From contig JBOHNX010000001.1 of assembly GCA_050730875.1 (NCBI GenBank), positions 297,972-361,971 on the forward strand: a stretch of DNA of 64,000 nt, given 5' to 3'. The first letter of the stretch is position 1. Each line of letters begins with the position of its first letter. Below, in pieces: positions 18,772 to 27,905 of this stretch. The translations under genes and the position numbers were made by a program. Below the pieces are notes generated by a model that did not search any database, was not told where the DNA came from, and worked only from the letters and a program-made list of their open reading frames with translations. The DNA is from Candidatus Saccharimonadales bacterium. Lineage in GTDB: Bacteria; Patescibacteriota; Saccharimonadia; Saccharimonadales; EFPC-124.

Positions 18772-18844
18772 ATAAAATATCCTCATGCACGATGAGAACG
18801 GGTCTAGTATACCCTTTTTACGCTTATTTTGCTACCTCTAGGCT

Positions 18845-19528
18845 CTAATAGGTTGTAGCTGTGTAATGTGGGAATTCGTCGAGCTTGATTTGCTCGTCTA
18901 GCAAGTCTAGTCTTTCTTTAAGCTCACCTGCGAGCGCTTTTACCATTTCTTCGGGCCCAGATATGTACACGAGGCTGTTTTTTAGCTCTGGAGCGAGTTC
19001 CTCAACGTTTTCGGCAGTTAGTTTTTCGCCTATGAGACAGCGGAGTTTAAATTCGTCGTGCCATAGCGCAAGGTCTTCAAGCTGGGTTTCGTAAGTAATT
19101 TCGGTGTTGCGGTTGGCGTATATTACTGTGACATCTAGGGGTAGGTCGTCATTGTCACGTTGCATTAACATACTATGGAATGGTGTAATTCCAATACCGC
19201 CAGCAATCCATATCTTCGGACGTTCATCAGTTATCCATACAAAATCACCGTGCGGGCCATCCGCCTCGATAGTATCGCCTTCCTTTAAATTATTAAGTGC
19301 ACGCTTAAAACTACTATCGGTTAAGCGGGTCGTGATTTGGATTTCCCGTGTAAAGGGTGCAGAGGAAATAGTAAACCAGCGCTCTATACCCTTTTTGTCT
19401 GGATTATCATGCGGAAGTTTGTAGTGAAGATGCTGCCCAGCCTGCCAGGTGAATGATTCGGGAGGTTTGAAGAAGAACGAAACGGCGTTGCCTCGTTCGG
19501 GGACTTTGCGTAAAAATATTAGCTTCAT
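18845..19528 (-). CDS. FNR-like FAD/NAD(P)-binding oxidoreductase
   Basis: RWFTISSAP (FAD-binding RxYS-like) and IWIAGGIGITPF (NAD-binding GGxGxxP). Confidence 0.7.
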   Translation of the reverse strand: MKLIFLRKVPERGNAVSFFFKPPESFTWQAGQHLHYKLPHDNPDKKGIERWFTISSAPFTREIQITTRLTDSSFKRALNNLKEGDTIEADGPHGDFVWITDERPKIWIAGGIGITPFHSMLMQRDNDDLPLDVTVIYANRNTEITYETQLEDLALWHDEFKLRCLIGEKLTAENVEELAPELKNSLVYISGPEEMVKALAGELKERLDLLDEQIKLDEFPHYTATTY

Positions 19529-19646
19529 ATCTATTCCTTACTTTGCGTTGCGTTATCACACATTAACTATTTGACTGCGAAATTCCTCACAGCGACACCC
19601 GTACTAAGCTGTAATACTAGCCCTGGAAAGAGCTAGGAGGTACATC

Positions 19647-19826
19647 ATGACGTCCAAATACGGCAAGAAAGCACAGGATGAAGTAGAAAAAGCGATGTAC
19701 GAGTACAAAAAAGGAGAACTGAAGTCCGGCAAAAGCGGTAAGAAAGTTACCGACAAAGACCAAGCTGTTGCGATCGGCTTAAGTAAAGCACGTCGCAAGG
19801 GAGCAAAGGCGCCAAAAAAGAAGTAA
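19647..19826 (+). CDS. Small basic protein, DUF6496-like (59 aa, missed by the 60-aa ORF track)
   Basis: RBS AGGAGG at 19635-19640. MTSKYGKKAQDEVEKAMYEYKKGELKSGKSGKKVTDKDQAVAIGLSKARRKGAKAPKKK matches the KGxLKSG.SGKKV....QAIAIGLSEAR pattern. Confidence 0.6.
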   Translation: MTSKYGKKAQDEVEKAMYEYKKGELKSGKSGKKVTDKDQAVAIGLSKARRKGAKAPKKK

Positions 19827-19839
19827 AGTCTTCTTACAT

Positions 19840-20106
19840 TTAAAAGGACGACTCTGTGTCGAGTTCGGTTATTGTTTGTCCCTCGACGTTGGTGTTATCG
19901 AGTGTTTTTTCGAGATCAGCCAGGTCATTAGCGCTAGTAACTTGTGGAACACTTTCGCCTACGATGGTTCCCTGTGGCGCTTGAGCGGTATCAACCGTCT
20001 CGGTAGCGAGGATAACTCGCCAAGCCACGAAAGCAATGATACCCAAAATGACAATGATTAGCAAAAGTTCGACAATTGCAAAGCCCGATTGTTTTCGTGC
20101 GTTCAT
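19840..20106 (-). CDS. Type IV pilin-like protein (prepilin N-terminal cleavage/methylation motif)
   Basis: MNARKQSG/FAIVELLLIIVILGIIA shows the class III signal with G-F-x-x-x-E. Confidence 0.75.
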   Translation of the reverse strand: MNARKQSGFAIVELLLIIVILGIIAFVAWRVILATETVDTAQAPQGTIVGESVPQVTSANDLADLEKTLDNTNVEGQTITELDTESSF

Positions 20107-20666
20107 TATTGCTCACTCCTTTCGCTTGTTTCTGCCTGGCTAGCGGTGTTTTTTACAGCAACTAGCAGGTTCTTGATTGCAGTCCGGTAGTTCTTGAGTG
20201 CTTGGTGCATGGTGCGTACCTTGCCTTTAAATTCGTCGACTGCGCCTACTGGATTGTCGTCGTTGCAGTCGAAGGTTACGCCAGATTTTACTGCAGCAAT
20301 TGCAGTTTCTGCCGCCGCTTTTTTACTTTCGGCTTCGCTTACCAACTGCTCGTAGTTTGCGACAGTCAATTGCTTTTTAGCGTAAAACTCTTTGACGCGG
20401 TCCGCAATTTTCGTAAATACATTCAGGTGCTTTTCACCCTGCGTCGCGGCGCGGTTCATAATGTTTTTAATCTTGTCACTGCGGTTGGCGCACACACGCT
20501 TTTTGGCCTCATCTAGACGACCTTGCACACGCTCTTTCACGCGTGCTTTTGCTTCTTCACGCTGGCTGCGCTCAGTTTGTTGTGCCGCAACAGGCGCGAT
20601 GAAAAATCCAGCCAAGAGCATGGTCACAACTCCTGCAATGAGACCGAGCTGTAATTTCTTACCCAT
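20106..20666 (-). CDS. Secreted/anchored coiled-coil protein
   Basis: N-terminal signal/TM segment followed by charged helical sequence. Stop/start overlaps the pilin-like gene. Confidence 0.45.
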   Translation of the reverse strand: MGKKLQLGLIAGVVTMLLAGFFIAPVAAQQTERSQREEAKARVKERVQGRLDEAKKRVCANRSDKIKNIMNRAATQGEKHLNVFTKIADRVKEFYAKKQLTVANYEQLVSEAESKKAAAETAIAAVKSGVTFDCNDDNPVGAVDEFKGKVRTMHQALKNYRTAIKNLLVAVKNTASQAETSERSEQ

Positions 20667-20816
20667 ATTCCCCCTTCTCGTTAACGCTTATGCTTTATGC
20701 TCAGCATAGTACTCGGCGTGAAAAATGTAAATAATTAGTTGGTTGGGCGTTGCCAGCCAAAGCGCCTATGCTTATACTTAAAGGGAAAGTGCGACGTAAC
20801 GTTTTTAGGCGTGTAA

Positions 20817-22037
20817 ATGAAAATCTTAATGCTCGGGTGGGAGCTTCCACCGCATAACAGTGGCGGTCTTGGAGTCGCTTGTTACCAGATGTGTAAGCAC
20901 CTGGCTTTAAAAGGTGTTGAAATTGATTTTGTCCTGCCCTACCGTGCCGAGCATAGCGTGAAATTCATGAAAATTCATGGCGCTCTCCCAGTGCAAGCTG
21001 AGCAGCTCGCGAATTTAGGTGGTGCGTATGATAGCTACTGTTATGAGTGTAGTACCGATGAATGCGAGCACAGTTGGCCATGCGATCTTCGCGGTCAACA
21101 ACAGCGCTATACCAAGTTTGTCCGCCAATTAGTGCAATCAACCGAGTACGATGCCGTCCACGCGCATGATTGGCTCACCTTCGAAGCCGGCATCCAGGCA
21201 AAACAGTTATCAGGTAAACCCCTCATTGCCCATGTCCATGCTACTGAATTCGATCGTTCGGGCGAACACAGCGGCAACCCTTTAGTGCACGAAATTGAGT
21301 ATAACGGCCTGATGATGGCCGACCGCGTGCTGGCCGTCAGCAAGTTCACCAAAGATCTTATTGTGCGCGAATATAGCATACCTGCCGATAAAATCGAGGT
21401 CGTCCATAACAGCGTTGATCCATCAGAATTTGGCGAACTTGACCCTCACAATGCCTACGTATACCTCGAGCAAATGAAGCGCCGAGGTCACAAAGTGGTT
21501 GTAAGCGTCGGCCGCTTAACAGTGCAAAAAGGATTCACGTACCTGCTTAAAGCTGCGCAACGTGTCGTAGAAAAGAACCCAAAAGTGTTCTTTTTAATTG
21601 TAGGTGACGGCGAGCAAAGAGACGAACTACTCATGCAAGCGGCTGAACTTGGCATTGCGCACAATGTGCTATTTACCGGCTTTGTGCGCGGCAAGCAGTG
21701 GCGAGACGCTTACGCGATTGGCGATATGTTTGTCATGAGCTCGGTTGCTGAGCCATTTGGCCTCACCGCACTCGAGGCCGCTGCACACCACAATGCTGTG
21801 CTCCTCACAAAACAGGCTGGCGTGGGCGAAGTCCTGCATAGTGTTATGCGCTTTGATTTTTGGGATACCGACAAGCTTGCAAACGAGATTTTAACCATCA
21901 CACAGTACGACCACTTACAACAACTTATGGCAGACAACGCCTGGTACGAATTTCAACATCTTTCGTGGCATAAAGCTGCCGACTACTGTAAAAACCTCTA
22001 TCAACAAGTAGCGACGAAGGAAGGAGCCCGTGCATGA
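20817..22037 (+). CDS. Glycosyltransferase, glycogen-synthase-like (GT4/GT5)
   Basis: MKILMLGWELPP..SGGLGVA N-terminus and a C-terminal GT-B E-x7-E region (AEPFGLTALEAAA). Clustered with GH57 and GH15. Confidence 0.8.
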   Translation: MKILMLGWELPPHNSGGLGVACYQMCKHLALKGVEIDFVLPYRAEHSVKFMKIHGALPVQAEQLANLGGAYDSYCYECSTDECEHSWPCDLRGQQQRYTKFVRQLVQSTEYDAVHAHDWLTFEAGIQAKQLSGKPLIAHVHATEFDRSGEHSGNPLVHEIEYNGLMMADRVLAVSKFTKDLIVREYSIPADKIEVVHNSVDPSEFGELDPHNAYVYLEQMKRRGHKVVVSVGRLTVQKGFTYLLKAAQRVVEKNPKVFFLIVGDGEQRDELLMQAAELGIAHNVLFTGFVRGKQWRDAYAIGDMFVMSSVAEPFGLTALEAAAHHNAVLLTKQAGVGEVLHSVMRFDFWDTDKLANEILTITQYDHLQQLMADNAWYEFQHLSWHKAADYCKNLYQQVATKEGARA

Positions 22038-23266
22038 GCACACGGCGTGCAATTTGCTTGTATTTGCATGTCCACCAACCGTTCCGCTTGCGTCACTACT
22101 CTGTTTTTGATGCCGGAGTCAACTCCAACTACTGGTTTGAGACCGATTACGAATCTGGCACGAATAACGAACGTATTATTCATAAAGTAGCCGATAAATC
22201 CTACCGCCCGGCCAACAAATTATTTAAAAACTTGCTTGACCGTCATCCAGACTTCCGCTTGAGCTTATCTATTACCGGCACAGTTATCGAGCAGCTAGAA
22301 ATGTGGGCGCCCGATGTGCTTGAAGACTTTAAAGAACTTGTTTCCACGGGCCGAGTAGAAATTGTTGGTGAAACATTCCACCATAGCCTCGCCTTCTTTT
22401 ACTCGCGCGATGAATTTGAAAAGCAGGTTAAGATGCATCGTAAAAAAGTAAAGGAAGTCTTTGGAGTCACACCAAAAGTCTTTCGCAATACCGAATTCTG
22501 CTACAACAATGACGTCGCCTACTGGGCCGACAAAGCCGGCTACAAGGGTATTCTTGCCGAAGGCTGGGACCCAATTTTAGCTTGGCGCTCACCCAACTAC
22601 GTATACCGCCCGGCTTACACCGAAAATATCCGATTACTCATGAAGAACTACCCCCTAAGCGATGACATCGCCTTTCGATTCTCCGACAGAGACTGGCCTG
22701 AATGGCCGCTAACCGCTGAAAAATATGCGCATTGGCTCAATGAGCTGCCAAAAGATCAGCCGGTTATCAACCTATTTATGGACTACGAAACATTTGGCGA
22801 GCACCAATGGACAGATAGCGGCATATTTAGTTTTCTCGAACACCTAACCAAGGAATTTTTACAGCAAGAAGGCAATACCTTTATGACCGTCAGTGAGGCA
22901 ATCGACGCCTTCGATCCTGTAGATACTGTTGACACTCCCTATACGGTTACTTGGGCAGACGCCGAGCGAGACCTCACGGCCTGGTTGGGCAACGCCATGC
23001 AGGGCCAGGCAATTCAGGAACTTTATAAGCTCGAGCGCGATATACTAGCAACAGGCGACCTGCAATTAATGGAGGATTGGCGCCGCTTGCAAACATCGGA
23101 CCACTTTTACTATATGTGTATCAAATGGTTTACCGACGGCGACGTGCACGCCTACTTTAGCCCGTACGACTCCCCGTACGAGGCGTTTATGTATTTCTGC
23201 AACGCCCTGCGCGACTTAAAGTTACGATTACTAAAGGCCAAACAAAAAGAGGGGCAACCTGCGTGA
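22034..23266 (+). CDS. Glycoside hydrolase family 57 (alpha-amylase/glucan-processing)
   Basis: ICLYLHVHQPFRL N-terminal GH57 motif and TFGEHQW region. Confidence 0.8.
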   Translation: MSTRRAICLYLHVHQPFRLRHYSVFDAGVNSNYWFETDYESGTNNERIIHKVADKSYRPANKLFKNLLDRHPDFRLSLSITGTVIEQLEMWAPDVLEDFKELVSTGRVEIVGETFHHSLAFFYSRDEFEKQVKMHRKKVKEVFGVTPKVFRNTEFCYNNDVAYWADKAGYKGILAEGWDPILAWRSPNYVYRPAYTENIRLLMKNYPLSDDIAFRFSDRDWPEWPLTAEKYAHWLNELPKDQPVINLFMDYETFGEHQWTDSGIFSFLEHLTKEFLQQEGNTFMTVSEAIDAFDPVDTVDTPYTVTWADAERDLTAWLGNAMQGQAIQELYKLERDILATGDLQLMEDWRRLQTSDHFYYMCIKWFTDGDVHAYFSPYDSPYEAFMYFCNALRDLKLRLLKAKQKEGQPA

Positions 23267-25227
23267 CACGACCTATTTTGCTGAGTAACGGTTCGCTACA
23301 TGTTGGTATCAACCTGTACGGCATGGTGCACGATTTCTATTATCCGTACGTTGGCCTCGAGAATCATGCTACTGCCCAAAATATGCGCCACCGCATTGGG
23401 GTATGGACCGAAGGACAATTTAGCTGGCTCGATGATGGCAATTGGCAGTTCGACATCAATTACGAAGAGCACGCTTTAATTGGCCACATAACGGCACATA
23501 ACGAGACGCTGAACGTCACTTTAGAATTTAGCGATTGTGTCGATAGCGAATATAATGCCTTCCTGCGTAATATTCATGTCGTAAACTCGGCCGATCGTCA
23601 TCGCGAAATCCGACTTTTCTTGCACCAGGTCTTTCTTATTAGCAACAGTCTTACAGGCGACACCGCACAATATCTACCCGGTGAACCAGCAATTTTACAC
23701 TATAAAGGTCACAGGGCATTTGTCGTGAGTGCACAGGATGCCCAGGAACGTTCGTTTGACCAATATTCGATTGGTGTATTTGGCATTGAGGGCAAAGATG
23801 GCACATACCGCGATGCCGAAGATGGCAATTTGGCGGGCAATGCCGTTGAGCACGGCAAAGTCGATTCGGTTATCGGCTTCACTTTCCCTCTCGATAGTCT
23901 CGACTCAACTCGCGTTAATTACTGGGTAGTTGCAGCAAAACAGCAAAGTGACGCTGTTGAATTACACCGTAAAATTCGTGCACAAGGGCTCCATCACCGA
24001 TTCCAAAAAACCGCCGATCATTGGCATCGCTGGTTGCGGACAGCCGAAAAAACAATTGTGACCTTGCCAAAAGAACTACGAAAGCCGTTCCGCAAAAGCC
24101 TGCTCGTTATTAAGTCACACATCGACCACCGTGGTGCCGTGATCGCCAGCACCGACACAACAATGCTCAACTATTGGCGTGATGCCTACGGGTATTGCTG
24201 GCCACGCGATGCAGCCTATGCCCTGTGGCCCTTGCTGCGGTTAGGGTACAAAACCGAGCTCAAAAAGTTTTTTGCCTTTTGCCGTGATGGACTCCAACCA
24301 GACGGTTTTTTGATGCACAAGTACCAGGCAGATGGCGCGCCAGGTTCTTCGTGGCACCCATATATGTATGCCGGTCGTCCTGAGCCGCCAATTCAAGAGG
24401 ACGAGACCGCACTAGTCGTATTTTTGCTTGGCGAATATGTAAAACGCACCAAAGACACCACACTTGAAGAGTTCTACCCAACGCTGGTGGTGCCAGCGGC
24501 GAACTTCATGGCGTCTTATATCGACGAGCAAACAAAGTTACCGCACGCTAGTTACGATCTCTGGGAAGAGCGGTTCCTTACCAGCACCTACACGACAGCT
24601 GTCGTGTACGCAGCCTTAAACGCTGCGGCCAAAATGGCTGAGCAGCTGCATCGGCCAAAAGATGCAGTACGCTGGCAGACTGTAGCCGACGAAATTTACA
24701 CCGCTGCCGAAAATATCTTCTTTAACCACGAAAAAGGCTACTTTTACAAAGGAGTGGTCAATCGTGGCGGCACTGAAGGCCTGGTATTCGATGACACAAT
24801 CGACGTATCGAGCTTTTATGGCGCCTTTATGTTTGGCCTGTTCGATCCAAAATCAGACATAATGCAAAAAGCGTACCAAACGCTTATCGACACCTTCCAC
24901 CTAACCGACAACGAGCCAACAAAATTGCCCCGGTATGAGCATGACCAATACAATACGGTCGACACAGCAGGCCTTGGCAATCCATGGTTTGTAACCTCGC
25001 TATGGATGGCACAGCGCGATTTACAAATGAAACGCGAAGATCGGGCAAAAGCTACGGTAAAATGGACGACAGAGCTTATGCTTCCATCGGGTGTGCTTTC
25101 GGAGCAAATTAACCCATTTAGTCAGCGGTTTATATCCGTAGCACCACTAGCTTGGAGCCAGGCTGAATTTTTAAACACCGTGCTTGATCTTGTAAAACGA
25201 GAGCACGAATCTGAAAAAAAGGCCTAG
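23263..25227 (+). CDS. Glycoside hydrolase family 15 (glucoamylase/glucodextranase-like)
   Basis: GAVIASTDTT...YGYCWPRDAAYAL and LPSGVLSEQINP motifs of the GH15 (alpha/alpha)6 domain. Confidence 0.85.
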   Translation: MTRPILLSNGSLHVGINLYGMVHDFYYPYVGLENHATAQNMRHRIGVWTEGQFSWLDDGNWQFDINYEEHALIGHITAHNETLNVTLEFSDCVDSEYNAFLRNIHVVNSADRHREIRLFLHQVFLISNSLTGDTAQYLPGEPAILHYKGHRAFVVSAQDAQERSFDQYSIGVFGIEGKDGTYRDAEDGNLAGNAVEHGKVDSVIGFTFPLDSLDSTRVNYWVVAAKQQSDAVELHRKIRAQGLHHRFQKTADHWHRWLRTAEKTIVTLPKELRKPFRKSLLVIKSHIDHRGAVIASTDTTMLNYWRDAYGYCWPRDAAYALWPLLRLGYKTELKKFFAFCRDGLQPDGFLMHKYQADGAPGSSWHPYMYAGRPEPPIQEDETALVVFLLGEYVKRTKDTTLEEFYPTLVVPAANFMASYIDEQTKLPHASYDLWEERFLTSTYTTAVVYAALNAAAKMAEQLHRPKDAVRWQTVADEIYTAAENIFFNHEKGYFYKGVVNRGGTEGLVFDDTIDVSSFYGAFMFGLFDPKSDIMQKAYQTLIDTFHLTDNEPTKLPRYEHDQYNTVDTAGLGNPWFVTSLWMAQRDLQMKREDRAKATVKWTTELMLPSGVLSEQINPFSQRFISVAPLAWSQAEFLNTVLDLVKREHESEKKA

Positions 25228-25229
25228 AA

Positions 25230-25898
25230 ATGTCGAACATCATGCACTTTGTGACCCACCCGCTCTCGCTGCTTACCGATATTGCGACCAAGGGCGTTAT
25301 TAAGCAATTCGCAAAGAAGTATCACTTTGTTTATTTTGGCTACGTGTCGCATCAGGACGAGCACGATCTTGTGCGCGGTATAACCGTATCTACTACGCAC
25401 CTCGATAATCATTACACTGTGGGAACATTTCACGGGCACGATATTGCACTAGTCGATCGGCGCAATAAGTTAACATTTCCCAATAAGCCCAGTAGTGAAT
25501 ATAAGTGGCTTATTATGCAGTTTGACCTCCAGCAAGACAAATTACCGCATATTTTCATGGATGCCAACCATCACGACGAAACCTTTTATGCAAATATGTT
25601 TGTAAAATTCGCCAATTTTGAAAATGCAGCAGGCATATTCGAAAGTCACGGTTCGCTCTTTTTGAGACACTTTAAAGTATTCGCGCCGCCCGATACATTC
25701 GATGAGGTGCGTGAGGTGCTAACGGCAGAAATTACGGCAATGCTAGCTCATCATTTTCGCCAGTTCGATTACGAAATTAGCGACGATAAGCTCTATATTT
25801 ACGCCAGCAATAAAACAATAACTTTGGCTACCCTTAACGATATGTTGCGCGTTGGTTTGTGGCTAGCAAACCACCTTAACAGTGTTACTAAGCCCTAA
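25230..25898 (+). CDS. Hypothetical protein
   Basis: 222-aa ORF starting 2 nt after GH15. No motif recognised. Confidence 0.45.
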   Translation: MSNIMHFVTHPLSLLTDIATKGVIKQFAKKYHFVYFGYVSHQDEHDLVRGITVSTTHLDNHYTVGTFHGHDIALVDRRNKLTFPNKPSSEYKWLIMQFDLQQDKLPHIFMDANHHDETFYANMFVKFANFENAAGIFESHGSLFLRHFKVFAPPDTFDEVREVLTAEITAMLAHHFRQFDYEISDDKLYIYASNKTITLATLNDMLRVGLWLANHLNSVTKP

Positions 25899-25912
25899 AA
25901 GCAAAAGAAGCG

Positions 25913-26104
25913 CTATTTGCGCTTCTTTACTTCGTTTCGGCCGAGGTTTTTGCCTGATTCCGTAAACGTTACGTGCTGACGGGTCTTTGGGTCAAACTTG
26001 CGCAGAGCCAATTTTTCGCCATCGTTACGGCGCTTGGTGTAGTAAGCCGCACCGCTTTCAGAGACTAACCGGACTGTTTTACGCTTCTGATTCTTCTTAG
26101 CCAT
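25913..26104 (-). CDS. rpmG: 50S ribosomal protein L33 (non-zinc form, C-terminal extension)
   Basis: VRLVSESGAAYYTKRRNDGEKLALRKFDPKTRQHVTFTE parallels E. coli L33 KLVSSAGTGHFYTTTKN...LELRKFDPVVRQHV. Confidence 0.85.
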   Translation of the reverse strand: MAKKNQKRKTVRLVSESGAAYYTKRRNDGEKLALRKFDPKTRQHVTFTESGKNLGRNEVKKRK

Positions 26105-26199
26105 ACTTAATAACTCTTACAGGTTTTATCTTTAACAACTAGAGTAAAACTATACCAGATAAGGGGTGAAAGTACAATCATTTATTCCGTGTTGTTTTT

Positions 26200-27603
26200 G
26201 TGCTATTTTGGTTATACTTAAGGCAACTCTTTGTGAAAAAACAAAAAGAGCAAAAGGTGGAAAAAAATAAAATGCGCATTCCCCATTTGGGCCGCGGTTT
26301 ACTTATAGCAATATTGCTAGCATTGGTTAGCTTTACTGATGTTGCTCACGCAGCCGTAACCAAGCAGTCGATTGGTATACCCATGTATGCCTATCCGACA
26401 ATCGGCACCTTTTGGCCAGATGTGAATGCGGCTGGGTCGCAGGTACAGTGGGTTATTGTTAACCCGGCAACTGGCCCTGGTGTCACGGTAGATCCAATCT
26501 ACACGAATCAAATTGCAACAAATACAAGTGCGGGTCAACGCTCAATCGGCTACGTCAACCTCAACTACCAAGCGCGCCCAATGAGTGAAGTGATAGATGA
26601 TATTGACGACTGGTACGCTATGTACCCAGGCATCAGCGGAATTTTCTTTGATCTTCTGCTTAATGGCACTTCAGCCGACGTATGTTACGCCGCTTACGCT
26701 CACAATTACGTTAAAAGTCGACACCCAAATGACCTTAGTGTTGCCAACTTTGGCAGCTATACGAGCCCTCCTTACGAACCGTACGCAGATATTTTTGTGA
26801 ATGCCGAAAATAACGCAAGCACATACTTGTCATCGTGGAATTTGCCTACTGACGGCTTTCAAGACAACCCAGCCTACAGTGATCGCTTTATGCATATAAT
26901 CCATACCGCGTCTGCGGGCGCCCAGTACACCTCGGTACTCAATAAAATACGCAATAGCAACGCCGAATGGGCGTTTATAACCGACGATATCATGCCAAAT
27001 CCATACGATGTCACGCCGAGCTATTGGTCAGCCGAGCTAACCGATATTGCTACGTTGCCGGCCAGCACAATACCAAACCGCGGCATTACACAATTACCAG
27101 CAGGCTGCATGGACTTGAGCCAAAGTGTATCAACAAGTAGTAGCAATCCGAGCGACACAGCTAAAGTTTTTTCGAACACCATAACACTTACTAATACGTC
27201 ATCGACCTATACGGCGTATACACCAAACCGCGTACAGTTTACGCTACCAACTGGGACTCGTTTGACGAGCGGCAGTGGTACAAACTGGAGCTGCAGTGGA
27301 TCAACTTGTACCTACAGCGGCGCCATAGCGCCTAGCAGCAATTCAGAGGTTTTGAGCGCTCAAATTGAAGTGGACTGTGACTACACTGGCGGCAATGCTA
27401 CTCTTACGGGTACAAACTTTGCTGGAAACGCCGTAAACTCAACAGTTAACCTCTCTGCCCCAACTGATTGCGCATTAGCAGCCACAGGAGCTGATAACCT
27501 GCGCGGCGTGCTGTTAGGTATTACTGCGATCGGCCTCGGTCTCTTAGGTATTACCTTGGCAATAGCTCGCTTGCCTAAAAAAGTTACACTGTCTGCAAAA
27601 TAA
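26200..27603 (+). CDS. Spherulation-specific family 4-like secreted protein with C-terminal LAATG sortase signal
   Basis: Signal peptide from the probable true start at 26272 (MRIPHLGRGLLIAILLALVSFTDVAHA). IPMYAYP...VIVNPATGPG...IGYVNLNY...ISGIFFD pattern. C-terminus is LAATG, a hydrophobic span, then RLPKK. Confidence 0.7.
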   Translation: MLFWLYLRQLFVKKQKEQKVEKNKMRIPHLGRGLLIAILLALVSFTDVAHAAVTKQSIGIPMYAYPTIGTFWPDVNAAGSQVQWVIVNPATGPGVTVDPIYTNQIATNTSAGQRSIGYVNLNYQARPMSEVIDDIDDWYAMYPGISGIFFDLLLNGTSADVCYAAYAHNYVKSRHPNDLSVANFGSYTSPPYEPYADIFVNAENNASTYLSSWNLPTDGFQDNPAYSDRFMHIIHTASAGAQYTSVLNKIRNSNAEWAFITDDIMPNPYDVTPSYWSAELTDIATLPASTIPNRGITQLPAGCMDLSQSVSTSSSNPSDTAKVFSNTITLTNTSSTYTAYTPNRVQFTLPTGTRLTSGSGTNWSCSGSTCTYSGAIAPSSNSEVLSAQIEVDCDYTGGNATLTGTNFAGNAVNSTVNLSAPTDCALAATGADNLRGVLLGITAIGLGLLGITLAIARLPKKVTLSAK

Positions 27604-27631
27604 AAATAGCCACCAAGTGGTGACATTTTTA

Positions 27632-27707
27632 TGGAGCCGGCTAAGGGACTCGAACCCATGACCCGCGGTTTACAAAACCGCTGCTCTACCAACTGAGCTA
27701 AGCCGGC
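27632..27707 (-). tRNA. tRNA-Thr (anticodon UGU), CCA encoded
   Basis: Acceptor GCCGGCT/AGCCGGC, anticodon stem GCGGT/ACCGC with loop UUUGUAA, T loop TTCGAGT. One U-U mismatch in the T stem. Confidence 0.85.
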
Positions 27708-27722
27708 AAAAACTACCAGTTA

Positions 27723-27751
27723 ATACTACCTAAAAACGACTATTTTTTCAA
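27723..27751 (-). promoter_or_regulatory. Candidate promoter for tRNA-Thr(UGU)
   Basis: Minus strand TTGAAA (27751-27746), 17 nt spacer, TAGTAT (27728-27723). Confidence 0.4.
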
Positions 27752-27776
27752 CTGTAATAACAGATGCATGAAACAC

Positions 27777-27805
27777 TTGAGAAAAAGCATAAAAACAGAT
27801 ACAAT
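27777..27805 (+). promoter_or_regulatory. Candidate promoter for the tRNA-Thr(GGU)/tRNA-Tyr pair
   Basis: TTGAGA (27777-27782), 17 nt spacer, TACAAT (27800-27805). Confidence 0.45.
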
Positions 27806-27828
27806 AGCCCCTGTTATACGGCACATGC

Positions 27829-27903
<75 letters not shown>

Positions 27904-27905
27904 TG

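Noticed and set aside
19604-19798. 64-aa minus-strand ORF
   Set aside because: It has no RBS and an odd composition. The opposite strand encodes a better-supported 59-aa DUF6496-like protein with an AGGAGG RBS.
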